Under the pieces are notes generated by a model that was given only the letters and a program-made list of their open reading frames with translations, was not told the DNA's origin and made no database searches. Positions 21,202 to 30,966 of a stretch of 39,787 bases of DNA are shown here, piece after piece. The stretch is from positions 1 to 39,787 of the IMG/VR virus record IMGVR_UViG_3300012944_000017. One strand, given 5' to 3'. Numbering within the stretch: the stretch's first letter is position 1; every line of letters starts with the position of its first letter. This DNA comes from a virus. The position numbers and the translations under genes are program-made.

Positions 21202-23418
21202 TCAGTGCATCCCTTCCGGGAACCCTAAGTGAGTGGGGTCGGCCTTGCGCTTGACCTCCCAGGCATCGCGCGCCTCCTGGGCGCCCTTCCGGCTCTCCTC
21301 GATCAGCCGCGCCCGCTCGGTCTCGTAGAGCTTTTGACCATCGGGCACCGTCCAGGTCACCGGCTCCCCATTGCCGCGCAGGAGCGGGGTGCGATGCCCG
21401 AGCGCATCGGTTTCATAGACTGAGAAGCGCCGCCCGTTGCTCCGATCGGTGGTGCTGTCCGCGACGATCGCCAGTCCCTTGCGATCGAGTCCCGGAAATT
21501 CCTTTTGCGCGCTGTCCTCCAAATCCTTGCGGATGAACGCGGTGGTTTTCTCCTGCGGCACCAGGTGCTGCGGGTCCATCGCCGCCTCGGGCGCCCAGCG
21601 CATGAACTCGCGCTTCCCATTGACGCCGGACACGCCCCACACCCGCACCAGATCAGCGCCGGCGGCCGCCTTCGCCGCGGCGAGGTTCCCGCCGGTCTCT
21701 CGGTAGTAGTGGGCGAGCAGATCGTTGTAGTCGGTGAGGATGGCATGATTGCCGGGGAGCGGGGGGAGTTCACCGCCTAAGCCAAAGGCGCCGCCCACCT
21801 TGGCGCCGGGCACCTTGTCGAAAAACCCGTTGACATCGGAGGCCACGAAGTTCGCCGGCTTGAGTGATCGCAAGCGCGCATCGAGGGCGCTCACGTACTT
21901 CGGATCGAGCTGCGCCACCTGGCGCGCGCCCTCCACCGCCGCTGTCGGATCGCGACCGGCGCGGATGTCCTCGTTGATCACCGCGGCCATGGCCTTGGTC
22001 TTATCATCGATCGAGTAGGGCGCTCCGCGAGGGCTCGCAAGCTGCAAGCGCTCGAGGGCCTCGGCCGCTTGCGCGGCCGGCTGTGGGGCACCGCTCACGA
22101 GCTGCGTGCGCGCCCAGGTGACCATCGAGGGCGGGACGACGCCCGTGCGCGAGGCGATGTCGGCCCCGAAGTTGATCCACTGCGCCGAGCCGGCGGGCTG
22201 CTTGCCCACGTTCTGCACAAAGAGCGCGTCGATTCCCTCGCGCGTGTCCTTGTCCTTCGGATCAAGGGGGAGCCCATTCTGGTAGGCGTTGGACGTGGCT
22301 GTCGCCACAGCGCGCGTGGCTGCCTGCTTGTCATAGGCGTTCTCGAGCTGGCCCATCTTGTTGCCCGCCTGCGCCGGGTCGAACACGTTGCGGTGGTACA
22401 GGTCCATGAGCACGCCCCGATCGCCCGCGTCCGGCTGGCCCGTGGCGATGCGGGTCTCCAGTCCAATGATCTGATTGCCGTACTTGTCGCGCTGCGTGTC
22501 CCGATAGAGCCCCAGGGCGCGCTGCGCCTCGGCGTGTATCTGATCCTTGATCGGCTGCTCGTAGGGGAGCTTGTCGATGGCGGCCTCCGCAGCGGCTCCG
22601 GCCTGCGGGCCGTGCATCGCGTACGCCTGCACGACGCCATGGGCCTGGAGCACCGCCACCCCTTTGCTCGCCGCTTCCAGCACCGCGGCGCGATCTTGGG
22701 GGTTGATGAGGCGCGTGAGCAGCTCGTCCTTGGCGACCCCGCCGGGCTTGAGCTGCGTGTAGACGCTGTCCGGGTCCCGATCGGCGAGCCCCAAGGCCGC
22801 GTTGGTGCTGAGCTGCTGGTCCATCGCCCGCATGTATTTGAGCTTCAAGCCCGGCGAGTTGTTGCTCGAGTTGATCTGATCGGAGAGCGTCCGGCCCACC
22901 TGGGGCGCGAGGGAGGGGTTGGCGCGCACCAGCGGGAGCTGCTTGTCCAGGTTGTCGCTGATGGACTGGTTCTGGTAATCGATGCGCTGGGTGGCCTCAA
23001 AGTTCATGGCCTCCATCGCGTAGCTGGTGCGGAGCTCCCGCAATCCGTTGTGCACGATGGCGCGGCTGTACTCGTTCTTCGCCGCGTTGGCGGCGAGGGG
23101 CTGGGCGTCCTGGTCAAATTGCTTAAGATAATTGCCGGTGAAATCCCCAGGGTCCCCCGCCGGCGTGTTGGCCTTCAAATCCTCCAGATTCTTGGCCGCC
23201 TTCAATCGAAAGTCGGCGAGCTCGTCCCCGGCCCAGGTGGCCGAATCAGCGCGGGCCTTGGCTTCCTGCTTCTTGGCGATCGCCTCGAACCCGCCAGCCA
23301 GGTCGGACAATGCGGGAGCGAGAGAGAGGTCTGGGGCGCGCGGGATGACTTTGCGCGGCAGGTCCTCGGGCTGCACCTGCGGGGTATAAATCTCCTCGCC
23401 CGGTACGCCACGGGCCAT
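21202..23418 (-). CDS. Internal virion protein (gp15-position, 738 aa)
   Basis: Assigned by size and position between the small internal protein and the giant protein. Largely helical. No lytic transglycosylase motif seen. Confidence 0.55.
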   Translation of the reverse strand: MARGVPGEEIYTPQVQPEDLPRKVIPRAPDLSLAPALSDLAGGFEAIAKKQEAKARADSATWAGDELADFRLKAAKNLEDLKANTPAGDPGDFTGNYLKQFDQDAQPLAANAAKNEYSRAIVHNGLRELRTSYAMEAMNFEATQRIDYQNQSISDNLDKQLPLVRANPSLAPQVGRTLSDQINSSNNSPGLKLKYMRAMDQQLSTNAALGLADRDPDSVYTQLKPGGVAKDELLTRLINPQDRAAVLEAASKGVAVLQAHGVVQAYAMHGPQAGAAAEAAIDKLPYEQPIKDQIHAEAQRALGLYRDTQRDKYGNQIIGLETRIATGQPDAGDRGVLMDLYHRNVFDPAQAGNKMGQLENAYDKQAATRAVATATSNAYQNGLPLDPKDKDTREGIDALFVQNVGKQPAGSAQWINFGADIASRTGVVPPSMVTWARTQLVSGAPQPAAQAAEALERLQLASPRGAPYSIDDKTKAMAAVINEDIRAGRDPTAAVEGARQVAQLDPKYVSALDARLRSLKPANFVASDVNGFFDKVPGAKVGGAFGLGGELPPLPGNHAILTDYNDLLAHYYRETGGNLAAAKAAAGADLVRVWGVSGVNGKREFMRWAPEAAMDPQHLVPQEKTTAFIRKDLEDSAQKEFPGLDRKGLAIVADSTTDRSNGRRFSVYETDALGHRTPLLRGNGEPVTWTVPDGQKLYETERARLIEESRKGAQEARDAWEVKRKADPTHLGFPEGMH

Positions 23419-23421
23419 GGT

Positions 23422-23928
23422 TCAGGCCAACGCGGCGGTGCCGCCGATGGAGCCCAGGTCCTGGCTGGAGTATTGGCCGGCGCTCGCGCCGTAGATGCCC
23501 TCTCCCCCGCCGGTGTAGGAGCCACTCATCCCTTTTAGGAGCGCGCCGGCGGCCGAGATTGCCGCCTGCTTTTGCGCCGCGCGGGCGCCCATGCGATCAA
23601 GATACCCTTGCGTGTTGTACCCGTAGGCGACGATCGCGCCCTTGTAACGGGTGCGCAGCGCATCGAGCTCCTGGTTGATGGAGCTCTCGCGCTCCGCCCC
23701 ATAGGTGCTCGCTCCTCCTGCGACGCCGGCGGCACCGAACGCGCCGATCTGGCGCCCGAGCGCCTCGCGGGTGGAGTGGCGCACATCGCCTTCCGCGACA
23801 TTGGCCTGCGCTCGAGCAATGCCGGCTTCCTGGTCCTCGAATAGCGCCTGGGTGTTGAGCTGGTCGCGCTCGGCGGTTTTGCTGCTGTAAGCGGAGTAGG
23901 CGGCGAGGACGACGGCGGCGGCTTGCAT
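23422..23928 (-). CDS. Internal virion protein (gp14-position, 168 aa), Ala/Gly-rich
   Basis: Assigned by position. Hydrophobic N-terminus MQAAAVVLAAYSAY and G/A-rich tracts. The ATG overlaps the upstream stop by 1 nt. Confidence 0.5.
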   Translation of the reverse strand: MQAAAVVLAAYSAYSSKTAERDQLNTQALFEDQEAGIARAQANVAEGDVRHSTREALGRQIGAFGAAGVAGGASTYGAERESSINQELDALRTRYKGAIVAYGYNTQGYLDRMGARAAQKQAAISAAGALLKGMSGSYTGGGEGIYGASAGQYSSQDLGSIGGTAALA

Positions 23929-24365
23929 CAGCGCACCCGCGCGAACAGCAGGTGGGTCGCTCCATCCTCGCCGTACCTTCGCATCCCGTTCGGGGTCTCA
24001 CATTCAAAGCCCATGAGCTCGAGCCAGCGACAGCCGGGCCTAAAGCCTTGCTCCACGGTCGCCTCCAATCGCTGCGGCTGGAGCGTGCTCATGAACCGCT
24101 CGGTGGCCCGATGGAGCGCCAGCATGTGCGCGCCGGCTTCGGCCGCGAGGGCGGCCCACACGTGCCCGAGCTTCGGGCCCATCGGGATCATCCCGCCCAC
24201 GCACAGCACGCGATCGCGATCAAAAGCGGTGAGAGCCGGCCCCATTTCCTGGAGCCTGTCAGAAAGCCCTGGCACATACGAGATGCGCCCCACGTAGGCG
24301 GGCTGAACCCCCTGGGCAATGAGGAGCTTGAGGTGAAAGGGCCGGTACGGCTCGACGCGGATCAT
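23928..24365 (-). CDS. GNAT-fold-like / DUF2833-like protein (145 aa) between tail tubular B and the internal virion proteins
   Basis: The layout ...LTAFDRDRVLCVGGMIP...GHVWAAL....RLEATV...RPGCRWLELMGFECE resembles small phage acetyltransferase-like proteins (C-terminal rwle.lGF). No acetyl-CoA motif was verified. Confidence 0.4.
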   Translation of the reverse strand: MIRVEPYRPFHLKLLIAQGVQPAYVGRISYVPGLSDRLQEMGPALTAFDRDRVLCVGGMIPMGPKLGHVWAALAAEAGAHMLALHRATERFMSTLQPQRLEATVEQGFRPGCRWLELMGFECETPNGMRRYGEDGATHLLFARVR

Positions 24366-27091
24366 TGCGGCTCATGCACCTCGTAGTTGGGGAAGATACC
24401 CACCACCGTCATCGGGAGCGGTGAGTCCTGCTGCACCAGAATATACATATCACGCATGTCCTGATCGCTCGATTGGTCGGTGGGGAAGCTGATCGGGAAG
24501 TCCCCGCTCATGATCGGGGGCGGGGAATCGAGCGGCGTGGTGGTGAGGTTGTACTGGATGCGCTCCGGGTTGATCGGGGTGATCGAGGTGAGGGCGAGGG
24601 GGTCCTGGTACACATTGGCCGGGCGCGTCTGGTTGGAAAGCTGGGAGACCGTGCCGCCGGCCGCATCCACGAGGCGCAGCACCAGAGTCGCCCCCTGCTT
24701 CAATTTCCCCTGGCTCGTGCCCACATCCGCCCCGCCCTCCGGCCTCATCGGCACCAGATTCCCCTGGTAGGGCAGGCCCACCGTGACGGTGGTGAAGGCC
24801 GAGCCGAGTGTGAGGATGCCGCTTCCCGGCACCACTTGCTGGGGCTGCACCCCGCCGTCGGCCAGAATCCCCACGGTTTGACCGGTGAGGTAGGTGAGGC
24901 CCGTCACCGTGGTGCTGGTCGCACCTGGCGGTGGCGCGGCGACGCTCTGCGCGGCGCAATCGAGATACCAGGCCGACGCCTGCGTGTCGCCCACATTCCC
25001 GCCCTGCGGGCCCTCGAAGCCCTTAGTCATGTACTCGACGTAGCGGGCCGTGGCGCCATTGATGGTGCGCCGGACAATGAGCCAGAGCTCATCGCGCAGC
25101 GCGTCCGGGGAGGGGATCGAGGCGATGGATTCCACAATGCCAGAGCCGCCGAGGTTGTGGCGCGCCCAGGCCGTGACCTGGTCCTCGCGGTTGTAGGTGT
25201 AGGAGAGCAGCGTGCCGTCCGCGCGCGCCGCCCACAGCACGCTCCAGGGCTCTTGCTGGTAGGCGATCGCGACGACGCCACCGATGGTGATGTGGTAGCT
25301 GTACTTGCTCTGATCCGTTGAATCGTAGCGGTTCAGGTAAAAGTTATAGTCCATCACGAAGATTTTGCGGCCGGCGCGCTGCACGTAGATCACACTCGTG
25401 GCCACCAGCGCTGGTCGGATGTGCCGGCTCCGCCACTGGCTCTGGCGCAGCACCTCCACATTCGCCGGTCCCAGCGGGCTGCTCGAGTAGTTCGCGGCAT
25501 CGAGCCCGTACTCCCCGCCCTCGGTGCCAATGAGCAGAATGTTCGCCGGGACCATCCAGCACACGTTCGAGGCGTCCACGCCCGCCACCGGCACGTTGAT
25601 CGCCGCATCGGTGGTGATCTGGCCAAAGAAGTCCGGCGCCTGGCTCGCGTAGGAACTCACGACCGAGCCCCAGGCGGTGAGCTTGCCGGCCCAAAAGAGC
25701 CGATCCTTGAACAGCGCCACGGCGCGCGGCCATTCCGTGGTGTTGCTCCAGGCCCCCAGCGCCCACTCCACACTCGCGTTGTCGACCAGCGTCCCACCGG
25801 CCGCGTAGGCGCTGAACCCGGTGGAGTCAATGCCGGCGAGCGTCACATTGGCCGCATTGGTGGTCTGATTGGTGTACGGGGTGTTCTGGTTCACCTGCGT
25901 CATGCCGGTGACCCCGAAAATGAACACGGCATCCCCGGCCTGAGCCGCATTGGCGGTCGTCACCACCGCGGGGTTCGCCTGCGTGATCGCCGTGATGGCA
26001 CTTGCGACCGCCACCACATTGGCGGGGAAGCGCACCAGGACCTTCGCCGTCACCTGCGTGGGGCTCGTGTAAGCGGTGATCTGCGCGATGCCGTAGTTGC
26101 TATCGGTGTAGAGCCAGCGCACGCCGGTCTTTCCATCGAGCACCGCGCCGCTCGTGTGGAAGGGGGCGTCCACTCCGCTGGTGGCGGCATTGAGCGCGAC
26201 GTAGTTATTGCCGTTGTTGGTGACGGTGTCGCCCGCGACGTAGGCGATATTCCCGGTCCAGCCCGTCGTGTTGAACTGCTGGCTCGCGATGCGCACCAGG
26301 CGCCCCACATCGGTGGCCGCAAAGACATTCCCGCCGTACGCCTTTATCGTGATGGCTTGGCCCTGCACCGCACTCACGCCGAGGGCAATCTCAGCGCCCG
26401 CGACCAGCGGCACCGGCGGGAGGAACGGCCCATCAGTGGGCGCGTAGAGCGAGAACAGCCACTTGGGCGGGTTGTTGGCGTAGCGAGTCAGCGTGTAGGG
26501 CGGGTAGCCCGCGCCCGCGTAGCCGCCGGCGATGTACAGCACGTCCCCGCTTTGCACGAGCTGGAGGGCGAACTCGCCCAACGAGTCGGTGAGGTCCGCC
26601 ACCGCATACGGGCTGGGGAGCTCGAACATCCCGGTGTTGGGGGTGGCCAGGTATTGGGGTTGCACGTACCAATAGGTGGCATTGGGCGGCGCGTTGCCCG
26701 TGGTGGTGGCGATGCACAGGTACACGAAGCCACCGGAGAGCGCAAAATCACCGGGGTTGTAGGTCGTGCCGCCGTTGTAGGCCGCCGTCCCCTGGATCAG
26801 CACCGGGCCGTGGTTGGCAAAGAAGCGCACGTAAAAATCGCCAAACTCCAGCATGTACGCCTGCGTCTGTGAGAACTCGAAGGGCACCAGCCAGGTGCGA
26901 TTGGCCGAGAGCTTGACCGGCTGGATATAGGCGGTGCCGGGCCTGAAAACCGAGGGGCCCTGCTTGATGGGCACGAAATTCTGCTGGATATGAGCGCCGA
27001 TGTTGTAGCGGTCCTGATCGACCCGCCCCTCCATCTGCGGGGCGAGCTCCCCGGCGTTGAAGGCCACGAGGGCGGGGGAGGCGCGGCCCAC
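24362..27091 (-). CDS. Tail tubular protein B (gp12-position, 909 aa)
   Basis: Assigned by size and position directly after the gp11-like gene. The N-terminus LVAFNAGELAPQMEGRVDQDRYNIGAHIQQNFVPIKQGPSVFRPGT is a motif common to podovirus nozzle proteins. GTG start at 27091. Confidence 0.65.
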   Translation of the reverse strand: MGRASPALVAFNAGELAPQMEGRVDQDRYNIGAHIQQNFVPIKQGPSVFRPGTAYIQPVKLSANRTWLVPFEFSQTQAYMLEFGDFYVRFFANHGPVLIQGTAAYNGGTTYNPGDFALSGGFVYLCIATTTGNAPPNATYWYVQPQYLATPNTGMFELPSPYAVADLTDSLGEFALQLVQSGDVLYIAGGYAGAGYPPYTLTRYANNPPKWLFSLYAPTDGPFLPPVPLVAGAEIALGVSAVQGQAITIKAYGGNVFAATDVGRLVRIASQQFNTTGWTGNIAYVAGDTVTNNGNNYVALNAATSGVDAPFHTSGAVLDGKTGVRWLYTDSNYGIAQITAYTSPTQVTAKVLVRFPANVVAVASAITAITQANPAVVTTANAAQAGDAVFIFGVTGMTQVNQNTPYTNQTTNAANVTLAGIDSTGFSAYAAGGTLVDNASVEWALGAWSNTTEWPRAVALFKDRLFWAGKLTAWGSVVSSYASQAPDFFGQITTDAAINVPVAGVDASNVCWMVPANILLIGTEGGEYGLDAANYSSSPLGPANVEVLRQSQWRSRHIRPALVATSVIYVQRAGRKIFVMDYNFYLNRYDSTDQSKYSYHITIGGVVAIAYQQEPWSVLWAARADGTLLSYTYNREDQVTAWARHNLGGSGIVESIASIPSPDALRDELWLIVRRTINGATARYVEYMTKGFEGPQGGNVGDTQASAWYLDCAAQSVAAPPPGATSTTVTGLTYLTGQTVGILADGGVQPQQVVPGSGILTLGSAFTTVTVGLPYQGNLVPMRPEGGADVGTSQGKLKQGATLVLRLVDAAGGTVSQLSNQTRPANVYQDPLALTSITPINPERIQYNLTTTPLDSPPPIMSGDFPISFPTDQSSDQDMRDMYILVQQDSPLPMTVVGIFPNYEVHEPQ

Positions 27092-27703
27092 TTACTGCAT
27101 CCGCGCCGCGACCCAGGAATCGTCGGCGGTGTTCTCGGGGGGCTTTTCCAGCGCGTTGCTCGCGGCCGCTTCGGTGAGCGCCTGACTCTTGCGCTCCTTG
27201 GCCGCGGCCTGCTTGGTGTCGCTGTTGGTCAATCGCTCGCAGCAGGTCCAGGCGAGCTGGGCGGCCAGATAAATGCAGAACCAGGGATCAAAGAGCGTGG
27301 TGTCGGTGACATCCTTCACGTACTTGATCGGCACCGGGGCGGCGTAGTCACAGAGGATGTTGCGCCCCTCGATGGTGTAGCCCGAGTCGGTGGGCCCGAG
27401 CCGGTAGTCGGAAAGATCAAGCCCAGGCCACACATCGCCCACCAGGAGCACGCGCAGGCAATCGGTGGGCATCGCCAACTGCTGGGTGAAGGGGCCGGAG
27501 ACCGGTACGGCGGTCATTGCGGGGAGCGAGGCTCGCGCCACCGAGAAGCTCCAGGTGGGCCGCCCTCGGAGGAGCGCGCGGCGGATCAGATCGTATTCGA
27601 CATTGATGACGCGCGCGGCGTTGGATTGATCGCCTAAGCTCGCGATCGTGCCCTTGCCGAGGATCGACAGGGCCAAGTCCGCGATGTCGACCTGGCTGGC
27701 CAT
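27092..27703 (-). CDS. Tail tubular protein A / adaptor (T7 gp11-like, 203 aa)
   Basis: QVDIADLALSILGKGTIASLGDQSNAARVINVEYDLIRRALLRGRPTWSF parallels T7 gp11 [46 protein letters not shown]. Confidence 0.7.
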   Translation of the reverse strand: MASQVDIADLALSILGKGTIASLGDQSNAARVINVEYDLIRRALLRGRPTWSFSVARASLPAMTAVPVSGPFTQQLAMPTDCLRVLLVGDVWPGLDLSDYRLGPTDSGYTIEGRNILCDYAAPVPIKYVKDVTDTTLFDPWFCIYLAAQLAWTCCERLTNSDTKQAAAKERKSQALTEAAASNALEKPPENTADDSWVAARMQ

Positions 27704-27715
27704 GTGCCTCTCGCC

Positions 27716-28657
27716 TCAGAAAGTGGTGATGACATAGATTGCACCGGACCCGCCCTGGCCGCCAGCCCCGGAGGCTTGCGTGCTGATCGCACTGCCACCG
27801 CCACCGCCGCCCGCGCCGATGCCACCCGCGCCGCCGGCGAAGCCGACGCCCGCCGCGCTCGAGGCGCCGCCCGCACCGCCGGTCCCGCCCGTATAACCGC
27901 TCGCATTGGACCCTGCCGTGCCTGCCCCCGCACCGCCCGCCGGGCCAGTGATATTAAGCCCGTTGAGATTGCCGCCGTTACCGCCGTTGGTGGCGGCCGG
28001 CGCCGCCGTGAGCCCACCGCCAGCACCACCGCCTGAGCCCGCGTTGTAACCCAGGCCACCGTTCGCACCCGCCGCACCGTTCACACCGCCGCCGCCCGAA
28101 CCGCCTCCGGCGTTGGCGAAAATGCCGTTGGCACCGAATCCACCGATGGACCCGGCGCCCGCGCCGGCCGCTCCGCCGGCCGCGCCCGTGCCAATGCCCC
28201 CAGCACCCGCAAGGCCCGCCGCTCCGCCACCGCCCGAGTTGCTGGCGCTCTGGCCACCCGCGGCTCCGCCACCGACGGCCGCGTTCACCAGCCCGCCGAA
28301 AGTCGTTGCACCGCTCCCGCTGGCTCCAGGATTTCCCACTGCACCGGTGACCGTGATGCCACCGGCACCGCCGGTCCCCACGTTGGTCGCAGCCGTTGCA
28401 CCGAATGCAGAAGCCGGGAAGGTTTGATCGATGAGTGCGCCGGTCGCGCCGCCGGCACCGCCAGAGCTTGCGGTCCCAGAGACAATGGAGCCGCCCGATC
28501 CGCCACCGCCCCCTGCGCCAATGGCGATCACGCGCACGAGCTTGGCACCGCTCGGCTTCGTCCAGGTGCCCGCACCGGGTGTGGTGAACACCTGAACGTC
28601 GACGGGATTCCCGGCCGAGCCGCCCACCGGAGACACATTGCCGGTGATTTCACCCAC
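27716..28657 (-). CDS. Glycine-rich domain protein (313 aa), fibre/virion-associated
   Basis: The N-terminus VQVFTTPGAGTWTKPSGAKLVRVIAIGAGGGGGSG is the typical entry of phage glycine-rich tail-fibre-like domains. About 250 aa of G/A/S/T low complexity follow. Confidence 0.6.
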   Translation of the reverse strand: MGEITGNVSPVGGSAGNPVDVQVFTTPGAGTWTKPSGAKLVRVIAIGAGGGGGSGGSIVSGTASSGGAGGATGALIDQTFPASAFGATAATNVGTGGAGGITVTGAVGNPGASGSGATTFGGLVNAAVGGGAAGGQSASNSGGGGAAGLAGAGGIGTGAAGGAAGAGAGSIGGFGANGIFANAGGGSGGGGVNGAAGANGGLGYNAGSGGGAGGGLTAAPAATNGGNGGNLNGLNITGPAGGAGAGTAGSNASGYTGGTGGAGGASSAAGVGFAGGAGGIGAGGGGGGSAISTQASGAGGQGGSGAIYVITTF

Positions 28658-28662
28658 GTGAG

Positions 28663-28986
28663 TTAACTCACGATGCGCGCGAGCGCGGCGAAGATTCCCG
28701 CAGGGGCACCGCCCACAATGACCGCCTGCACCATGCCGGGCGGCAGGTACACGACGCCCATGCCCGCAGCGGTCAAGGTCGTGCCCACGCCCGCATCAAT
28801 CCAGGTGGCTCCATCGGGACCGAGCACCTGGAGCTTCACGGTCGCGCCACCGAAGGTGCCGACCACAGAGAATACGCAGGTGCCGCCAGGGCAATCGACC
28901 GGGCCGCGGCTCACCGTGGCGCCCGAAGTGTTGGGTGTGTCGGGCGGGCCCGTCCCGATCAGCAGCGCGCCCCAGCTCCCGGACAT
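28663..28986 (-). CDS. Hypothetical virion-module protein (107 aa), beta-rich
   Basis: Track ORF, tightly packed in the structural operon. Confidence 0.5.
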   Translation of the reverse strand: MSGSWGALLIGTGPPDTPNTSGATVSRGPVDCPGGTCVFSVVGTFGGATVKLQVLGPDGATWIDAGVGTTLTAAGMGVVYLPPGMVQAVIVGGAPAGIFAALARIVS

Positions 28987-28989
28987 GGC

Positions 28990-29226
28990 TCAGAAGTCCG
29001 AGAAGGTGGTGTTGTCGCGCTGCATCCAGTTGATGACGTTGTAGAGCGCGAGGATCACTTCTTTGCGACTGATCGGCCGAGGCGAGACCGTCGAGCTCGC
29101 GTCCGTCACGGTGACCGCCTGCTCAACCGTCACTTCGATCTTCTTGGTCACGACCGCAGCTCCAGCCGCCACCACGATGGACTCGATCGGGTCCTCGGGG
29201 TTGATCGAAATTCGGATGGTCGCCAT
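28990..29226 (-). CDS. Hypothetical virion-module protein (78 aa)
   Basis: Track ORF with a GAGG SD upstream of the ATG at 29226. Confidence 0.5.
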   Translation of the reverse strand: MATIRISINPEDPIESIVVAAGAAVVTKKIEVTVEQAVTVTDASSTVSPRPISRKEVILALYNVINWMQRDNTTFSDF

Positions 29227-29294
29227 GGCTTACCTCGCGGAAAGCGGGGCGGTGGGAGGTCCCGCCCCTTCGGGTGGTGTAACGGGGACTAACC

Positions 29295-29978
29295 TTATCG
29301 CACCCAGGTCCACTGCAAGGTGATGCCACCGACCGCGGTGGGCGCGGTGGTCGCGGTGAGGGCGAGCTCGAACTCGTAGAACGGGTCCTGGGCAAAGCCC
29401 ATGAGCTCCCAGATACGCAGGTTCGCGTTCGCCGCGGCGGTGGCCACCGCACCGATCTGCGGGGTGTAGATGGACTTCCACACCGTGTTCGCGGCCGCAG
29501 TGGAAGCGGCCTGTGCCAAGATCTGATCGTTGTTCGGGATCGCGATCGCCGAGGGCGGTGCGTTGATGGCCGCACCCGTGGTCCAATTCCCGCTCGGGGG
29601 CTGGCTGTTGGTGTTGCCGGTGGTGCAGTAGTACACCACGCCGGCGAACTGCACGACGTTGCCCGGCACATAGGCGGTCGTGGAGTTCCAGGTGGCCAGT
29701 GACAGTCCGAGGTTCAGGCCCTGCTGGTCGTTGGTGTACAGGCCGAGCTTCCACACGCCGGCCGTGGTCGCATCATTGAGGAGCTGAATGTCCTGGATGC
29801 GCACGCCCGATGGGAGATACCCGTACTTGTACACGGAGGCGATCGAGTCGGTCGCCACCGTGACCACCGTGCCCACCGAAACGGTGTCGTTCGCGCCCGC
29901 CTGGTAGCCAGAGGACAGAATGCGCGGCTGCGCATTGTAGTTGGTGATGAGCGTGCCTTGACGGGTGACGACGGCCAT
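29295..29978 (-). CDS. Capsid decoration / cement protein candidate (227 aa)
   Basis: It lies immediately downstream of the major capsid gene behind AAGGAGAAG. Its beta-rich composition and this gene order match the arrangement I recall for BPP-1 (MCP followed by a jellyroll cement protein). Assignment is by position only. Confidence 0.4.
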   Translation of the reverse strand: MAVVTRQGTLITNYNAQPRILSSGYQAGANDTVSVGTVVTVATDSIASVYKYGYLPSGVRIQDIQLLNDATTAGVWKLGLYTNDQQGLNLGLSLATWNSTTAYVPGNVVQFAGVVYYCTTGNTNSQPPSGNWTTGAAINAPPSAIAIPNNDQILAQAASTAAANTVWKSIYTPQIGAVATAAANANLRIWELMGFAQDPFYEFELALTATTAPTAVGGITLQWTWVR

Positions 29979-30048
29979 GAACTTCTCCTTGTGGCTCCGG
30001 GGCGGGGACCTGCCCCCTGCCCCTGCCGGTTATTGCTGAATGACTCGC

Positions 30049-30966
30049 TTACCGCGACCAGATTTGCGTGACGCGCTTTTCCTCGAGCCGCGTGGCCCCT
30101 GCGGTCATGAACACGTACGCCTGCCAGGGCTCGGACTGCAAATCGTTGCGCTGGCTGATGTTGGTGCTGATGGCGTTCCACACGCCCAGGTGCATCCCCT
30201 CGCGCTGCCACATGAACACCTTGGTCGAGGTGCCGGCCTGATCGTCCGTCCCGGTGGCCAGGCGCTCGGAGCGCACGAAGGTGATCCCGAGGAATCGCTT
30301 GACGCGCCCCTCCTCGAGCACCGGCTGGTCGTTGAAGTCACGGCTGATGACCTGCGCCTCGGCCATGAGATTGTCGAGCTGGCGCGCCCCGGCGACGCAC
30401 ACCAGGCCCGAATTCGGATCGCCTGGGTCCTCCTCATCGTCCGAGTACGCCTCGTTCTGCGTGAGGATGAGCTTGCCCTGGCGGAGCTTCGCGACCGTGA
30501 GGCCGGTAGGCGCGGTCGCGCCCTGATTGACACTCACGATTTCACCGGCCGGCAGCACGATGGCGTTGCCACCATTCACTCCGGTCTGCGCCGTGCCGCC
30601 CAGCGCCGTGATGATCAGATCGTCGTACTGGCGATTGGCCGCGTTGTGGGCGTTCTTGACGAATTTACCCTTCGGGTCAATCAGCAGGCGGAGCTTGTCG
30701 AAGTTGTCGAACAACTGCGGCAAATCGTAATCGGAGGGGTAGACCCAGCGCCGATCGGTCGCCGCGTCCACGCGCTGCATCGGGCCGTATCGCTGCGTGA
30801 CGGGCTGCATGGCCACCGCGCCCACCTGCTCAACGGGGCTCGCGGCCTGGCCCACGTACTTATCTTCGGTGACGAACTTTCGGAGCCGACTGGTCTTTTG
30901 CTGAACCAGCTCGTTCAGGGTCTTGGCGTACTGCTGAACGTAGAACGTGACAATGTTGGTAGACAC
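30049..30966 (-). CDS. Major capsid protein (HK97-fold, BPP-1/Phage_capsid_2-like, 305 aa)
   Basis: Assigned by size and by position after the scaffold. It has a strong SD (GGAGG) before the GTG at 30966 and is flanked by stem-loops. The sequence resembles podovirus MCPs (MSTNIVTFYVQQYAKTL...DKYVGQAASPVEQVG...). Confidence 0.7.
   Translation of the reverse strand: MSTNIVTFYVQQYAKTLNELVQQKTSRLRKFVTEDKYVGQAASPVEQVGAVAMQPVTQRYGPMQRVDAATDRRWVYPSDYDLPQLFDNFDKLRLLIDPKGKFVKNAHNAANRQYDDLIITALGGTAQTGVNGGNAIVLPAGEIVSVNQGATAPTGLTVAKLRQGKLILTQNEAYSDDEEDPGDPNSGLVCVAGARQLDNLMAEAQVISRDFNDQPVLEEGRVKRFLGITFVRSERLATGTDDQAGTSTKVFMWQREGMHLGVWNAISTNISQRNDLQSEPWQAYVFMTAGATRLEEKRVTQIWSR

Noticed and set aside
22069-23538. 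489-aa plus-strand ORF, and similar ones at 25421-26872, 30040-31251, 12073-12807, 12817-13626, 16512-17378 and 24473-25321
   Set aside because: All are antisense shadows of large structural genes (internal virion protein, tubular B, MCP, tailspike, giant protein). Such open antisense frames are expected at this GC content.
27716-28657. Multiple ORFs on both strands within the glycine-rich gene (for example 27634-28077, 27704-28036 and 28113-28427)
   Set aside because: They are frame artefacts of GGN/GCN repeat DNA. Only the frame with the globular N-terminal entry and proper operon spacing is retained.
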